A stretch of 34,732 nt of DNA from a virus (IMGVR_UViG_3300020043_001476:1-34732), one strand, 5' to 3'; counted from the first letter of the stretch, positions 7,921 through 17,098 are shown. The notes: generated by a model from the sequence alone, not told the origin. Made by a program: numbers and translations.

Positions 7921-8883
7921 ATGACAATCGTAGCAAATACCTTCACGAGCTACTCTGCAAAGGGTATCCGCGAAGACTTGAGCAATGTGATCACCAACAT
8001 TGCTCCCGAAGAAACCCCGTTCCAATCCAACATTGGCCGCGAAACCATCTCCAACACCTTGTTTGAGTGGCAGACCGACACCCTGGCAGATGCCGCATCA
8101 AATGCGCAGCTCGAGGGTGATGACGTTGGATCATTCGATTCAGTGACCGCCACTGTTCGTTTGACCAACTATGCTCAGATTTCTCGCAAGACCATCATCT
8201 TGTCGAACACTGAAGAAGTGGTCAACAAGGCCGGTCGCCGTTCTGAGTTGGCATATCAGATCGCCAAGCGCGGTTCTGAGTTGAAGCGTGACCAAGAATT
8301 CATTTTCTTGAATGGCGGCATTGCTGTTGCAGGCAACACCACCACTGCTCGCGTGACCGCATCCTTGGGCGCGTTTGTCAAGACCAACACTGACAAGCAA
8401 ACCAACGGTGTCGATCCCAGTTACACCACGCTGCCCAACAGCGCTCGCACTGACGGTAACGTGCGTACCTTCACCGAGACGATCCTCAAGAACGTCATCC
8501 AGAAGGTGTGGACTGCTGGCGGCACTCCAAAGATCCTGATGTGCGGCCCTGTCAACAAGCAGCGCGTCTCTGGTTTCTCTGGCATTGCCTCTTCACGTTT
8601 CAACATCGATGGCGGTGCGAAGCCTGCCACGTTGATCGGCGCCGTTGATATCTACGTCAGCGATTTCGGCAATGTGCAAGTGATCGCCAACCGTTTCCAG
8701 CGCGAGCGTGATGCATGGGTGATCGATCCTGACTACGCCAAGATGACTGTGCTGCGTCCTTACCAGCAAGTTGAGTTGGCAAAGACTGGTGACGCTGAGA
8801 AGCGCATGTTGTTGATCGAGTACGGCTTGAAAGTGCTGGCTGAAAATGCCCACGGCCTGGCCGCTGACTTGATCACCTCCTGA
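7921..8883 (+). CDS. Major capsid protein (DUF5309/SU10-like)
   Basis: REDLSNVITNIAPEETPF, FEWQTDTL, NYAQISRK, ELKRDQE, LAKTGDAEK motifs; GAGG RBS. Confidence 0.9.
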   Translation: MTIVANTFTSYSAKGIREDLSNVITNIAPEETPFQSNIGRETISNTLFEWQTDTLADAASNAQLEGDDVGSFDSVTATVRLTNYAQISRKTIILSNTEEVVNKAGRRSELAYQIAKRGSELKRDQEFIFLNGGIAVAGNTTTARVTASLGAFVKTNTDKQTNGVDPSYTTLPNSARTDGNVRTFTETILKNVIQKVWTAGGTPKILMCGPVNKQRVSGFSGIASSRFNIDGGAKPATLIGAVDIYVSDFGNVQVIANRFQRERDAWVIDPDYAKMTVLRPYQQVELAKTGDAEKRMLLIEYGLKVLAENAHGLAADLITS

Positions 8884-8892
8884 TAACTGACT

Positions 8893-8930
8893 AGGAGAAG
8901 GGGCCAGGGAAACCTGGCCCCACTTACATG
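8893..8930 (+). promoter_or_regulatory. GAAA-tetraloop hairpin between SD and start codon
   Basis: AGGAG(8893-8897)-AA-[GGGGCCAGG GAAA CCTGGCCCC, 8900-8921]-ACTTAC-ATG(8928); no U-tract. Confidence 0.55.
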
Positions 8931-9242
8931 GACAAAAGAATTCTTGATGTAAGCCCCGACAAGGCAATCACTCGCACCTGGCACTTCAATCCCGACACCG
9001 AAGAGACAACGATCCAGACCTCTCAGGACGTGACGGCAGTTATTGAGGCCAACAAGCGTGACTTTGCAGCCATTGACAACAAGGCAAACTGGACAGGTGA
9101 ATGGCATCATGTCGCCAGCATCCCAGAGTCCTTGTATTACAAGCTCAAGGCCGAAGGCAAGCTCGATGACCAGGCTTACATGAAGAAGTGGCTCAATGAT
9201 CCCGACAATCGATTCTTTCGCGTGAGGCCCGGCCAAGTATGA
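8928..9242 (+). CDS. Conserved hypothetical protein downstream of capsid
   Basis: 104 aa; HHVASIP...KKWLNDPDNRFFR. Confidence 0.8.
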   Translation: MDKRILDVSPDKAITRTWHFNPDTEETTIQTSQDVTAVIEANKRDFAAIDNKANWTGEWHHVASIPESLYYKLKAEGKLDDQAYMKKWLNDPDNRFFRVRPGQV

Positions 9243-9892
9243 ACTACATCGCGGTTTGCACGCCAGCGCGTGACCAAGTCCACACCAACTACACCTACTG
9301 CATGGTTAATCTTGTCGCGTATCACACACTCAACACTACTGATGCCATCAGTCTGAAACTGTTGCAGGGCACGCTGATTCAGAACCAGCGTGCTGATTTG
9401 TGTCTGGATGCGTTGCGTGAGGGTTGCACGCACATCTTGTTCATTGACTCTGACATGACCTTCCCCCAGGACATGATCCAGCGACTGCTCAAGCATGACG
9501 TTGACCTGGTTGCGGCCAACTGCGCAAGGCGCAGGATGCCCACAGGCCCGACAGCGCAGAACTATGACGAGAATGGCAAGCGCAAACCCGTCTATTCGAT
9601 GCCAGAATCAACTGGTCTTGAAGAGGTTGGCAGCGTTGGCACCGGCATCATGCTGATCAAGCGCAACGTCTTTGAGGGCATGTCAGAACCCTGGTTCGAT
9701 ATGCCTTGGCAGTACGACACCCGAGGCTACATGGGCGAAGACGTGTTCTTTTGCAAGAAGGCGCAAGAGCTTGGTTTCAAGGTGTATATTGACCATGACG
9801 TGAGCAAAGAGATCGGCCACATTGGCACGTTTGAATTCAAGCATGAGCACACCTGGATCGTCAAAGAGGAAATGGAAAAAGAGGCAAGCTGA
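9239..9892 (+). CDS. Glycosyltransferase (GT-A/GT2-like)
   Basis: ILFIDSDMTFP (DxD), VGTGIMLIKR, GEDVFFC, IGHIG. Confidence 0.8.
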   Translation: MNYIAVCTPARDQVHTNYTYCMVNLVAYHTLNTTDAISLKLLQGTLIQNQRADLCLDALREGCTHILFIDSDMTFPQDMIQRLLKHDVDLVAANCARRRMPTGPTAQNYDENGKRKPVYSMPESTGLEEVGSVGTGIMLIKRNVFEGMSEPWFDMPWQYDTRGYMGEDVFFCKKAQELGFKVYIDHDVSKEIGHIGTFEFKHEHTWIVKEEMEKEAS

Positions 9893-10515
9893 TGGCACTC
9901 ACCACATACAACGAGCTGAAAACATCAGTTGGCGATTGGCTCAACCGCACTGACCTGACAACTGTTGTCCCAGACTTCATTGCGCTGGCCGAGGCTCAGA
10001 TTGAGCGTCAACTGCGCACCCGGCAGATGATCGTGAGATCCACGGCATCGATTGCCACCGAGTACAGCGCGGTGCCTGATGATTTTCTGGAGACAAAGTC
10101 CATCAAACTCACCGGCACCAACCCTGTCACGCCTTTGGGGTTTGAGACGATTGATTCACTCGACAACCTTAGTGTGCAGTACCGATCCAGTGGCGTGCCG
10201 ATCTTCTTTGGCATTGTTGGCGGCCAGATCCGGGTGCTGCCGATCCCTGACGCTGCATACACCGCAGAGCTGGCCTATTACGCAAAGTTGTCAAAGTTGT
10301 CAGCCAGCGTGACAACCAACTGGCTGCTGGCTCAAGCGCCTGACGTTTACCTCTACGGTGCATTGCTCCAGGCTGCGCCTTACCTGCAAGATGATGCGAG
10401 AATCACGGTGTGGTCAGCGCTGTATCAGGCGGGGCTTGATCAGTTGCAGATTGCAGATGATCGAGGATCTACCAGTGGCGGCGCATTGCTGACCAGGGCA
10501 AAAACATTTGGGTGA
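9892..10515 (+). CDS. Head-tail adaptor-like virion protein
   Basis: Position; WLNRTDL...FIALAE...PDVYLYGALLQA pattern typical of podovirus adaptor-like proteins. Confidence 0.65.
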   Translation: MALTTYNELKTSVGDWLNRTDLTTVVPDFIALAEAQIERQLRTRQMIVRSTASIATEYSAVPDDFLETKSIKLTGTNPVTPLGFETIDSLDNLSVQYRSSGVPIFFGIVGGQIRVLPIPDAAYTAELAYYAKLSKLSASVTTNWLLAQAPDVYLYGALLQAAPYLQDDARITVWSALYQAGLDQLQIADDRGSTSGGALLTRAKTFG

Positions 10516-10519
10516 TTAG

Positions 10520-10705
10520 ATGGTAACGACAACCAAGGGCGAGATGGACGAGTCACTGCTGGAAAAGCGTGAGGGGTCCATTGACAACGATACTGAAACC
10601 ACAAGCTGGGTTGAGTATTGGCATGAGGGTGAGTTGGTCCATCGATCAGTCAACATGGTGCTAAAGCGCGGCGTCTTTGCCGAAGGCATCAGTCAACAAA
10701 TTTGA
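10520..10705 (+). CDS. Hypothetical protein
   Basis: 61 aa, fills the operon gap. Confidence 0.7.
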   Translation: MVTTTKGEMDESLLEKREGSIDNDTETTSWVEYWHEGELVHRSVNMVLKRGVFAEGISQQI

Positions 10706-10715
10706 GGGTTAAATC

Positions 10716-11171
10716 ATGGCGAATACTCAGGCAATGTGTACGAGTTTTAAGGGTGAGCTGCTTGTCGGCCACCACAACTTTGGCACTGGCGTTGTCCGAG
10801 CTGCCACCACGGCAGACACTTTCAAGGCTGCCCTGTACTTGGCCTCTGCCACCGTCAATGCGTCCACCACGGCATACAGCTCAACTGGTGAGGTGACTGG
10901 TACCGGGTACTCTGCTGGCGGCGTCACGGTGACATTTGGCACGCCCCCAAGCACCTCTGGAACCACGGCATTCGTTACCCCCAGCGCCAGCATCAGCTAC
11001 AGCTCAGTGACCCTCTCCACGGCCTTTGATGCGGTCCTGATCTATAACTCGACCCAGTCAGACAAGGCAGTCAGCGTCCACACTTTCGGCAGCCAAACCG
11101 TGACTGCTGGAACCTTCACGCTGACCATGCCAACCAATGATGCAAGCACCGGCCTGATTCGGCTGGCATAA
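10716..11171 (+). CDS. Ser/Thr-rich beta-strand virion protein
   Basis: GAGG RBS; FKAALY...GYSAGG...AVLIYN pattern; tail module position. Confidence 0.7.
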   Translation: MANTQAMCTSFKGELLVGHHNFGTGVVRAATTADTFKAALYLASATVNASTTAYSSTGEVTGTGYSAGGVTVTFGTPPSTSGTTAFVTPSASISYSSVTLSTAFDAVLIYNSTQSDKAVSVHTFGSQTVTAGTFTLTMPTNDASTGLIRLA

Positions 11172-11186
11172 CGCAGGGGCAGCACC

Positions 11187-11891
11187 ATGGCTGCTTACGG
11201 CACAGGCTATTACGGCCTAGGCGTCTACGGCATAGGCAATGTCGTTATCAGTGGCAACGCTGCCACTGGCGCTGTTGGCACTGTACTGGCCGACAGATCA
11301 ATTCAGGAAGATGGAACCATTGCCACCGGCAATGTCGGAACCGTCACGCTCACCATCACCATTGCCATCACGGGCAATGCAGCCACTGGTGCCGTTGGCA
11401 CGCTGGCGCCAGATTCATCCAATGCACTCACAGGCAATGCGGCCACACTGGCCGTGGGCACTGTCGCGCCTGCTGGGTCAATCGACCTCAGTGGCAATGC
11501 GGCCACTGGTGCAGTGGACTCTGTTGGGGTAACCCGGTCCACGGCCACAACTGGCAACGCTGCCACTGGTGCTGTTGGCACCATGTCGGCAGAGGTGATC
11601 TCTTTCCAGGCCATCACAGGTGTTTCTGGGACTGGGGCAGTTGGCAGTGTGTCAAACGTCATCACTGTTGCGATAATCGGAAATGAGGCAGTGGGATCTG
11701 TTGGGACCATGGTTGGGTTTGGATGGGGTTCAGTGCCCGACACAAGCGAAACCTGGACCGCCCAGTCAGATACACCAGAGACATGGTCGCCAGTGTCCGA
11801 CACGGCAGAGACATGGACTCCAGAGTCTGACACGTCAGAGACCTGGACGCAGATCGCAGACAATTCAACATCGTGGCAACAGGCCGCATAG
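11187..11891 (+). CDS. Repeat-rich virion/fibre-like protein
   Basis: About 22-aa (I/L)xGNAATGAVGT repeats; C-terminal 10-aa DTxETW repeats. Confidence 0.75.
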   Translation: MAAYGTGYYGLGVYGIGNVVISGNAATGAVGTVLADRSIQEDGTIATGNVGTVTLTITIAITGNAATGAVGTLAPDSSNALTGNAATLAVGTVAPAGSIDLSGNAATGAVDSVGVTRSTATTGNAATGAVGTMSAEVISFQAITGVSGTGAVGSVSNVITVAIIGNEAVGSVGTMVGFGWGSVPDTSETWTAQSDTPETWSPVSDTAETWTPESDTSETWTQIADNSTSWQQAA

Positions 11892-11900
11892 GGGTAAAAA

Positions 11901-13388
11901 ATGGCAGATACGACAACGACCAACCTTTTATTGACCAAGCCCGAGGTGGGGGCCAGCACTGACACCTGGGGAACCAAGATCAATACTGACCTTGACAGCG
12001 TTGACGCAGTCTTTGCGGCTGCTGGCACAGGCACAAGCGTTGGCTTGAATGTTGGAGCTGGCAAGACGCTGGCGGTGGCAGGGACGTTGACGGTCACGGG
12101 ATCTGCAACTGTTGAGTTTGCTGATGGATCTGCCGCATCCCCATCTATCACCAATGATGGCGACACCAACACAGGCATATTATTCCCTGCGGCTGATACT
12201 GTTGCCATTGCCACTGGCGGGACTGAGATCGCAAGGTTTGATAGCGCTGGTAACTTGGGATTGGGTGTTACGCCTAGTGCTTGGGGCGGCACTAACAACT
12301 CAAAAGGATTACAAGTTGGTCGTTCTGGTGCTGTTTCTTATAGTTCAGATGATGCAAGAGTTGCGTTATCCGCTAACGCTTTTGGTTCAGCATCAAATGG
12401 TTGGAAATTTATTAATAATGGGGGTGCTGCTTATTACAGCATGAGCGACTTTGACAATAATCATAGATGGTTTGTAGCTACTACCACCTCTGGCACAGCA
12501 GGTAACGCCATCACCTTCACCCAAGCAATGACCCTTGATGCAAGCGGTAACTTGCTGGTGGGGACTACAACGGCAAATGCAAACTTTTATGTTTATAACG
12601 CTCCTGTTTCGTATGCAGGATTAAATGCAACGGCAATTTTTAGCTCGTCAGCATCGCAATCAACAGGTACGGGTGGTTTGATTGCTTTTGAAGGCAAATA
12701 CACTTCTGGTGGCGCTCTTGCTAATTTTGCGGCTATTGGCGGATTAAAAGAAAATTCAACCGATAACAACTATTCTGGTTATCTTGGTTTCTATACTCGC
12801 TCAAATGGTTCTTTAGCGGCAGAGCGCGCCCGTATCGACTCCAGCGGTAACTTGCAAGTATCTAACTCAGGTTCAAACCCAGGAGTGACAGGATGGGCAG
12901 GTTTTCAGGTGTCCCCTGTCGGCGCAGTTAGTCTGTCCCGCAATGGAAGTAATGTTCTTGCATTTTTTCACACAAGCAACGCAAATGGCCTAAGCGGCTC
13001 TCCAGTTGGAACTGTGTCTATTACAACCACAGCCACAACCTACTCCACATCTTCAGACTACCGACTAAAGCACGATATCCAGCCAATGACAGGCGCATTG
13101 GCAAAGGTCTCTGCACTCAAGCCAGTTACATATAAGTGGAATTTGGACGACAGTGGAAGTCAGGGTTTCATCGCTCACGAACTTGCTGAGGTATGCCCAC
13201 AAGCTGTTGTTGGTGAAAAAGATGCTGTTGAAACCTACCTAGATGAAGAAGGCAACGAGGCTACACGCCCTGTCTACCAAGGCATTGACACCAGCTTCTT
13301 GGTTGCAACACTAACTGCCGCCATCCAAGAACAGCAAGCCCTCATCACCCAACTTACCGCCCGTATCACTGCACTGGAGTCAGTATGA
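11901..13388 (+). CDS. Tail fibre with C-terminal intramolecular chaperone (Peptidase_S74)
   Basis: N-terminal anchor [14 protein letters not shown]; repeated DxxGNL modules; [10 protein letters not shown] cleavage motif, [11 protein letters not shown]-terminal coiled coil. Confidence 0.9.
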   Translation: MADTTTTNLLLTKPEVGASTDTWGTKINTDLDSVDAVFAAAGTGTSVGLNVGAGKTLAVAGTLTVTGSATVEFADGSAASPSITNDGDTNTGILFPAADTVAIATGGTEIARFDSAGNLGLGVTPSAWGGTNNSKGLQVGRSGAVSYSSDDARVALSANAFGSASNGWKFINNGGAAYYSMSDFDNNHRWFVATTTSGTAGNAITFTQAMTLDASGNLLVGTTTANANFYVYNAPVSYAGLNATAIFSSSASQSTGTGGLIAFEGKYTSGGALANFAAIGGLKENSTDNNYSGYLGFYTRSNGSLAAERARIDSSGNLQVSNSGSNPGVTGWAGFQVSPVGAVSLSRNGSNVLAFFHTSNANGLSGSPVGTVSITTTATTYSTSSDYRLKHDIQPMTGALAKVSALKPVTYKWNLDDSGSQGFIAHELAEVCPQAVVGEKDAVETYLDEEGNEATRPVYQGIDTSFLVATLTAAIQEQQALITQLTARITALESV

Positions 13389-13675
13389 TTACTTGGAACA
13401 TTTCCCAACTTGACCGACAAACCTCTGATGGTTTTGTCACTACCGCACATTGGCAAGCAAATGCAACAGATGGGGATTATTCTGCATCTGTGTATAACAC
13501 TTGCTCATGGAGTGATGGCACTGCAACCATTGCCTATGCTGACTTGACCAAAGACGCAGTGCTGGCGTGGGTGTGGGAGTCTGTGGACAAGGATGCTGTT
13601 GAGGATTCTTTGCTGGCTCAAATCGCCGAACAGAAAGCACCTGTCAAAGCCACTGGTGTGCCTTGGAATGTCTGA
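13385..13675 (+). CDS. Tail-fibre-associated small protein
   Basis: Coupled to the fibre gene; TWNISQLDR...[13 protein letters not shown]...GVPW. Confidence 0.75.
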   Translation: MITWNISQLDRQTSDGFVTTAHWQANATDGDYSASVYNTCSWSDGTATIAYADLTKDAVLAWVWESVDKDAVEDSLLAQIAEQKAPVKATGVPWNV

Positions 13676-13865
13676 CTCCACAGAAACCAGACTGGCGGTG
13701 CATGAGGCCATTTGCACAGAGAGGATGAAATTCATTTCCGACTCTCTTGCAAAGGGTTCCGAGCGCATGACCAAGATTGAGTATTTGCTTTATGCCGTGA
13801 TCGTGGCCGTCTTGCTGGGTCCTGGTGCGGCTGCATCTCTGTTTGCAAAGATCTTTGGTTTGTAG
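13668..13865 (+). CDS. Small coiled-coil plus C-terminal TM protein (lysis-cassette associated)
   Basis: ATG 13668: [20 protein letters not shown]...YLLYAVIVAVLLG. Confidence 0.7.
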   Translation: MSDSTETRLAVHEAICTERMKFISDSLAKGSERMTKIEYLLYAVIVAVLLGPGAAASLFAKIFGL

Positions 13866-13870
13866 AGCAT

Positions 13871-14548
13871 GTGGATCCCATCAGCGTCCTCCTCCTTGCC
13901 AGTAGCGCATTCAGTGCTATCAAGCAGGGCATCGCAACATATAAGGAAGCCAAGAATGTTGTCGGTGACGTTAAGAATATTGTCAAGGAAATCGGTGGAA
14001 TGTTTGGGCCAAACCCAAGCAAGGAACAGAAAAAGCAGATCGTTGCTGAACAGAAGCGAGTGCAAGAAGTGGCTGCTTATGACCCCAACCAGGTCATGGG
14101 AGACATTGCAAAGCGCTTGGGTGAATTCATGCGGCACCAGCAGCAGATCCAAGACTACTACCATGAGGAAGAGCGCAAGTCAAAGGAAGAGGTCTACGAT
14201 GGCGCAGACTCTTTGGCAGAGCGTGCCTTGCAGCGTACCCTTGTACTCACCCAGTTAAGGCAAATGGAGACTGACTTGCGCGAGCAGATGATCTATCAGT
14301 CGCCGCCAGAGTTGGGAGATCTTTGGACACGGTTCAATGAGATGCGTGAGCAGATCTCAATTGAGCAAGGGCAGGCAAGAGAGGTGCGCGATCAGCGCGA
14401 GGCACAGGCAAGATGGCAACGAAGACGGGTAATAAACGACCTACAGGACAAAGCAATCTACCTGGCCGCCGCCTTGTTGATCATCGTGTATCTGAGCGTG
14501 TTTTGGTCACTCCTAGTGATGGACCGAAAGACAAGATGGGGTTTTTGA
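13871..14548 (+). CDS. Coiled-coil membrane protein
   Basis: N-terminal amphipathic MDPISVLLLASSAF; C-terminal TM AIYLAAALLIIVYLSVFWSLLV. Confidence 0.75.
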   Translation: MDPISVLLLASSAFSAIKQGIATYKEAKNVVGDVKNIVKEIGGMFGPNPSKEQKKQIVAEQKRVQEVAAYDPNQVMGDIAKRLGEFMRHQQQIQDYYHEEERKSKEEVYDGADSLAERALQRTLVLTQLRQMETDLREQMIYQSPPELGDLWTRFNEMREQISIEQGQAREVRDQREAQARWQRRRVINDLQDKAIYLAAALLIIVYLSVFWSLLVMDRKTRWGF

Positions 14549-14730
14549 TCGCGCTCATTGCGATGGTGCTGGTTTTCTGTTTGATGCTGCCGATAATTTC
14601 GATAATTTATTTCGATACCCTAGCAGTGCAAAAGGAAAGCAAAGCCCAGATTGATCGCATGGAGAGGCTGCGCAAGCAGCTCGAGGAAGACCGAAAGAAG
14701 ATGGACCAGGACAACAGAAAGGAAGACTGA
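14536..14730 (+). CDS. Small single-TM protein
   Basis: Likely start ATG 14536: MGFLIALIAMVLVFCLMLPII followed by a charged coil. Confidence 0.65.
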   Translation: MGFLIALIAMVLVFCLMLPIISIIYFDTLAVQKESKAQIDRMERLRKQLEEDRKKMDQDNRKED

Positions 14731-14937
14731 ATGAGACTGCTGCTTTGTCTGACCATCATGGCGCTTGCTGGGTGCGAGGATCGGTATCGCTACGTCTGCC
14801 AGAACCCTGACAAATTCGATCTGCCTGAGTGCCAGAAACCAAGGTGCTTATTCACGCAGACCTGCCCTGAATATTTGGTTGCCCCAGTCTTAACAAATAA
14901 GATTGACGATAAGAAAGGCGAAGATGTTAAAAAGTAA
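14731..14937 (+). CDS. Cys-rich lipoprotein
   Basis: Lipobox LAG-C; four further Cys (CQNP, CQKPRC, TCPE). Confidence 0.8.
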   Translation: MRLLLCLTIMALAGCEDRYRYVCQNPDKFDLPECQKPRCLFTQTCPEYLVAPVLTNKIDDKKGEDVKK

Positions 14938-15394
14938 ATACACCGCAGAAGACATCGAGATCAGAATTTGGGGCTTTGTCGTTGTCTGCATAACCATCAT
15001 CCTTTTCGGGATCGTTTTTGTACTGCTCTACAGCTTAATTTTTGTCGTTCAGCCAATTAAATCTATGGCGCCACTCGACATGCAGTTTTCTAAAATCTTG
15101 AACGACATCGTGCTTTTGCTTGTTGGCGGCATAGGCGGCATTGTGGGCAAGCGTGCCGTGGGGGCCGTCAGCCAGGCCGTTACACCTACGCCGCCACCTA
15201 CACCTTCCCCGGCTGCACCAGCGCCTTCTACCCCTGTTTCTGCGCCTCCCAGCGGTGCTCTTCCAGTCTGGATCAATCCACCCCTGGATGAAACCTGGAC
15301 GCCGCCACCTCCACCGACAACGCCACCCGAGCACCTGGAACCCGATCATGTCCGCGAGGAGATCGCGGCAGCAAGACGTGAGGCTGGGCAGTGA
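14924..15394 (+). CDS. Two-TM membrane protein with Pro-rich tail (holin/antiholin candidate)
   Basis: Two hydrophobic segments; directly upstream of spanin and endolysin. Confidence 0.6.
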   Translation: MLKSKYTAEDIEIRIWGFVVVCITIILFGIVFVLLYSLIFVVQPIKSMAPLDMQFSKILNDIVLLLVGGIGGIVGKRAVGAVSQAVTPTPPPTPSPAAPAPSTPVSAPPSGALPVWINPPLDETWTPPPPPTTPPEHLEPDHVREEIAAARREAGQ

Positions 15395-15858
15395 ATCCAT
15401 ACCTGATCATCGCGGCCATGATTGCCATTGGCGGTGCCTACGCTTACGGCCACCATGTTGGCTATGCCGACCGTGACGCTGAGATGCAGGCTCACATTGC
15501 CAAGCTCAATGAAGAGTCACGCGCCAAAGAGCAAGAGCTGGCGGCATCACTGAATAATCAAACTGAAACCCTGCGAAAGGCCAAGAATGAGATCAACAAA
15601 AAACAGTCTGACATTAATGCTCTTGTTGATGCTGGCCGGTTGCGCATCCCGGTCCCAGCCGCCCCAAGTTGCGTATCAGCCACCCCAGATCCCGCCCCTG
15701 CCGTCAGAGATCGGGACGAAGCAAGACCCGACACTTACAGAGAGGCTATTAAGGCTGTTGTCGCCATCGCCATCGAAGGAGACAGAAACACAGTCCAGCT
15801 CAACGCCTGCATCGACACCTACAACAAAGTGAGAGAGGCCATCAATGGTAAACAGTGA
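15391..15858 (+). CDS. Rz: Inner-membrane spanin (Rz-like)
   Basis: N-terminal TM, coiled coil, GRLRIP, QLNACID; contains an embedded lipoprotein ORF. Confidence 0.85.
   Translation: MNPYLIIAAMIAIGGAYAYGHHVGYADRDAEMQAHIAKLNEESRAKEQELAASLNNQTETLRKAKNEINKKQSDINALVDAGRLRIPVPAAPSCVSATPDPAPAVRDRDEARPDTYREAIKAVVAIAIEGDRNTVQLNACIDTYNKVREAINGKQ
15587..15832 (+). CDS. Rz1: Outer-membrane spanin lipoprotein (Rz1-like), embedded in Rz in the +1 frame
   Basis: MRSTKNSLTLMLLLMLAG-C lipobox and Pro-rich mature region, fully inside Rz as in lambda. Confidence 0.8.
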   Translation: MRSTKNSLTLMLLLMLAGCASRSQPPQVAYQPPQIPPLPSEIGTKQDPTLTERLLRLLSPSPSKETETQSSSTPASTPTTK

Positions 15859-16441
15859 ACAACTCAAAAAGCTGCACATTGGCCCTGAGTGGGTTGATGC
15901 GCTCAATGAAACCTTTGGCCGATTCAACATCTCCACCAAGCGCCAGCAGGCTGCATTCATTGGTCAGTGCGGCCATGAATGTGGACACTTCAAGGTGCTG
16001 CAAGAGAACTTGAATTACCGTGCAGCCACCTTGATGAAGTTGTGGCCCAAGCGTTTCCCCACTCTTGACGTTGCCAACCAGTACGCTGGCAACCCAAAGA
16101 AGATTGCCAACATGGTTTATGCCAACCGCATGGGGAACCGTGACGAGGCATCAGGGGATGGTTTTCGTTTTTCGGGAAAAGGTTGCATCCAATTGACCGG
16201 GCACAGCAATTTTTTTCACGCAGGCCAAGCCCTGGGCGTTGACTTTGTCATGCAGCCCGAGTTGGTTGCCACACCTAAATATGCGGCACTGACGGCAGGC
16301 TGGTTTTGGTCAACGCATGACTGCAACCGCCTGGCCGAGTCAGGGGACTGGGCAGCACTCACGAAGAAGATCAACGGTGGGACAATTGGCCTCGAAGACC
16401 GCATCAAACACATTAATGAGGCCTTGGCAGTCCTGACATGA
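15845..16441 (+). CDS. Endolysin, glycoside hydrolase family 19
   Basis: AAFIGQCGHEC, ENLNY, GDGFRFSGKGCIQLTG, AGWFW, TKKINGG. Confidence 0.92.
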   Translation: MVNSEQLKKLHIGPEWVDALNETFGRFNISTKRQQAAFIGQCGHECGHFKVLQENLNYRAATLMKLWPKRFPTLDVANQYAGNPKKIANMVYANRMGNRDEASGDGFRFSGKGCIQLTGHSNFFHAGQALGVDFVMQPELVATPKYAALTAGWFWSTHDCNRLAESGDWAALTKKINGGTIGLEDRIKHINEALAVLT

Positions 16442-17091
16442 CAAACCTGTACCAGCAGCTCGAAACCCCGGCACCGCCAGATCTACCCTCACCAGGTCAG
16501 ACCTATGACGAGCGCCTGACTGCGCAAACCCATCGCGGCTTGCTGGTGTACTTTCGCAAGCTCACCAATATCCTGTCAACGGTTCTTGGGCCGCGAGGTG
16601 GCAAGTACTTGAATGTGCCTTATGGGGCTTTCCAGGACGCAACCGACCAGACTGCGGCCAACACCACAACGGCATATGCCATCACATTTGACACGACAGA
16701 CTATGCAAATGGGATCACTCTGTCAAATACTTCACGTCTGAACGTGTCGCAGGGCGGTTTGTACAACGTGCAATTTAGCGTGCAATTCAAAAACACCACG
16801 AATGACACGCAAGACGTTGATGTTTGGTTTCGCAAGAATGGCACTGACATTGCCAAGTCCAACTCAAGGTTTGGCGTGGCCCCGAGAAAAAGCGCTGGAG
16901 ATCCATCGCACATGATCGGGGCTTTGAACTACTTTGTGGATCTGGCCGAGAGCGATTACCTGCAACTCATGTGGCGCCCCTCAGACGTTGGCGTCTCCAT
17001 TGAGCACTTTGCTGCCGGGACCAGTCCAACCAGGCCAGCGATCCCCTCAGTCATTGCCACAGTGAGTTTTGTGTCCAATCTATCAGCATAA
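16438..17091 (+). CDS. Tail protein with C-terminal C1q/TNF-like beta domain (tail-needle/knob candidate)
   Basis: Short N-terminal helix then PYGAF...ITFD...GLYNVQFSVQF...WFRKNG; adjacent to the tail hub gene. Confidence 0.55.
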   Translation: MTNLYQQLETPAPPDLPSPGQTYDERLTAQTHRGLLVYFRKLTNILSTVLGPRGGKYLNVPYGAFQDATDQTAANTTTAYAITFDTTDYANGITLSNTSRLNVSQGGLYNVQFSVQFKNTTNDTQDVDVWFRKNGTDIAKSNSRFGVAPRKSAGDPSHMIGALNYFVDLAESDYLQLMWRPSDVGVSIEHFAAGTSPTRPAIPSVIATVSFVSNLSA

Positions 17092-17098
17092 TCCCATC

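Noticed and set aside
8900-8921. Rho-independent terminator after the capsid gene
   Set aside because: No U-tract follows; reinterpreted as a hairpin within a split RBS.
11725-11880. CRISPR array
   Set aside because: The 30-bp period is in-frame coding (10-aa repeat) with degenerate third positions and no unique spacers.
11303-12298. 331-aa minus-strand ORF (also 2535-3287, 3386-4186, 5516-6229, 19415-20074)
   Set aside because: These are antisense shadows of well-supported + strand genes and have no recognisable motifs.
11901-13388. Diversity-generating retroelement or invertible fibre cassette
   Set aside because: No reverse transcriptase, template/variable repeat pair or invertase was seen.
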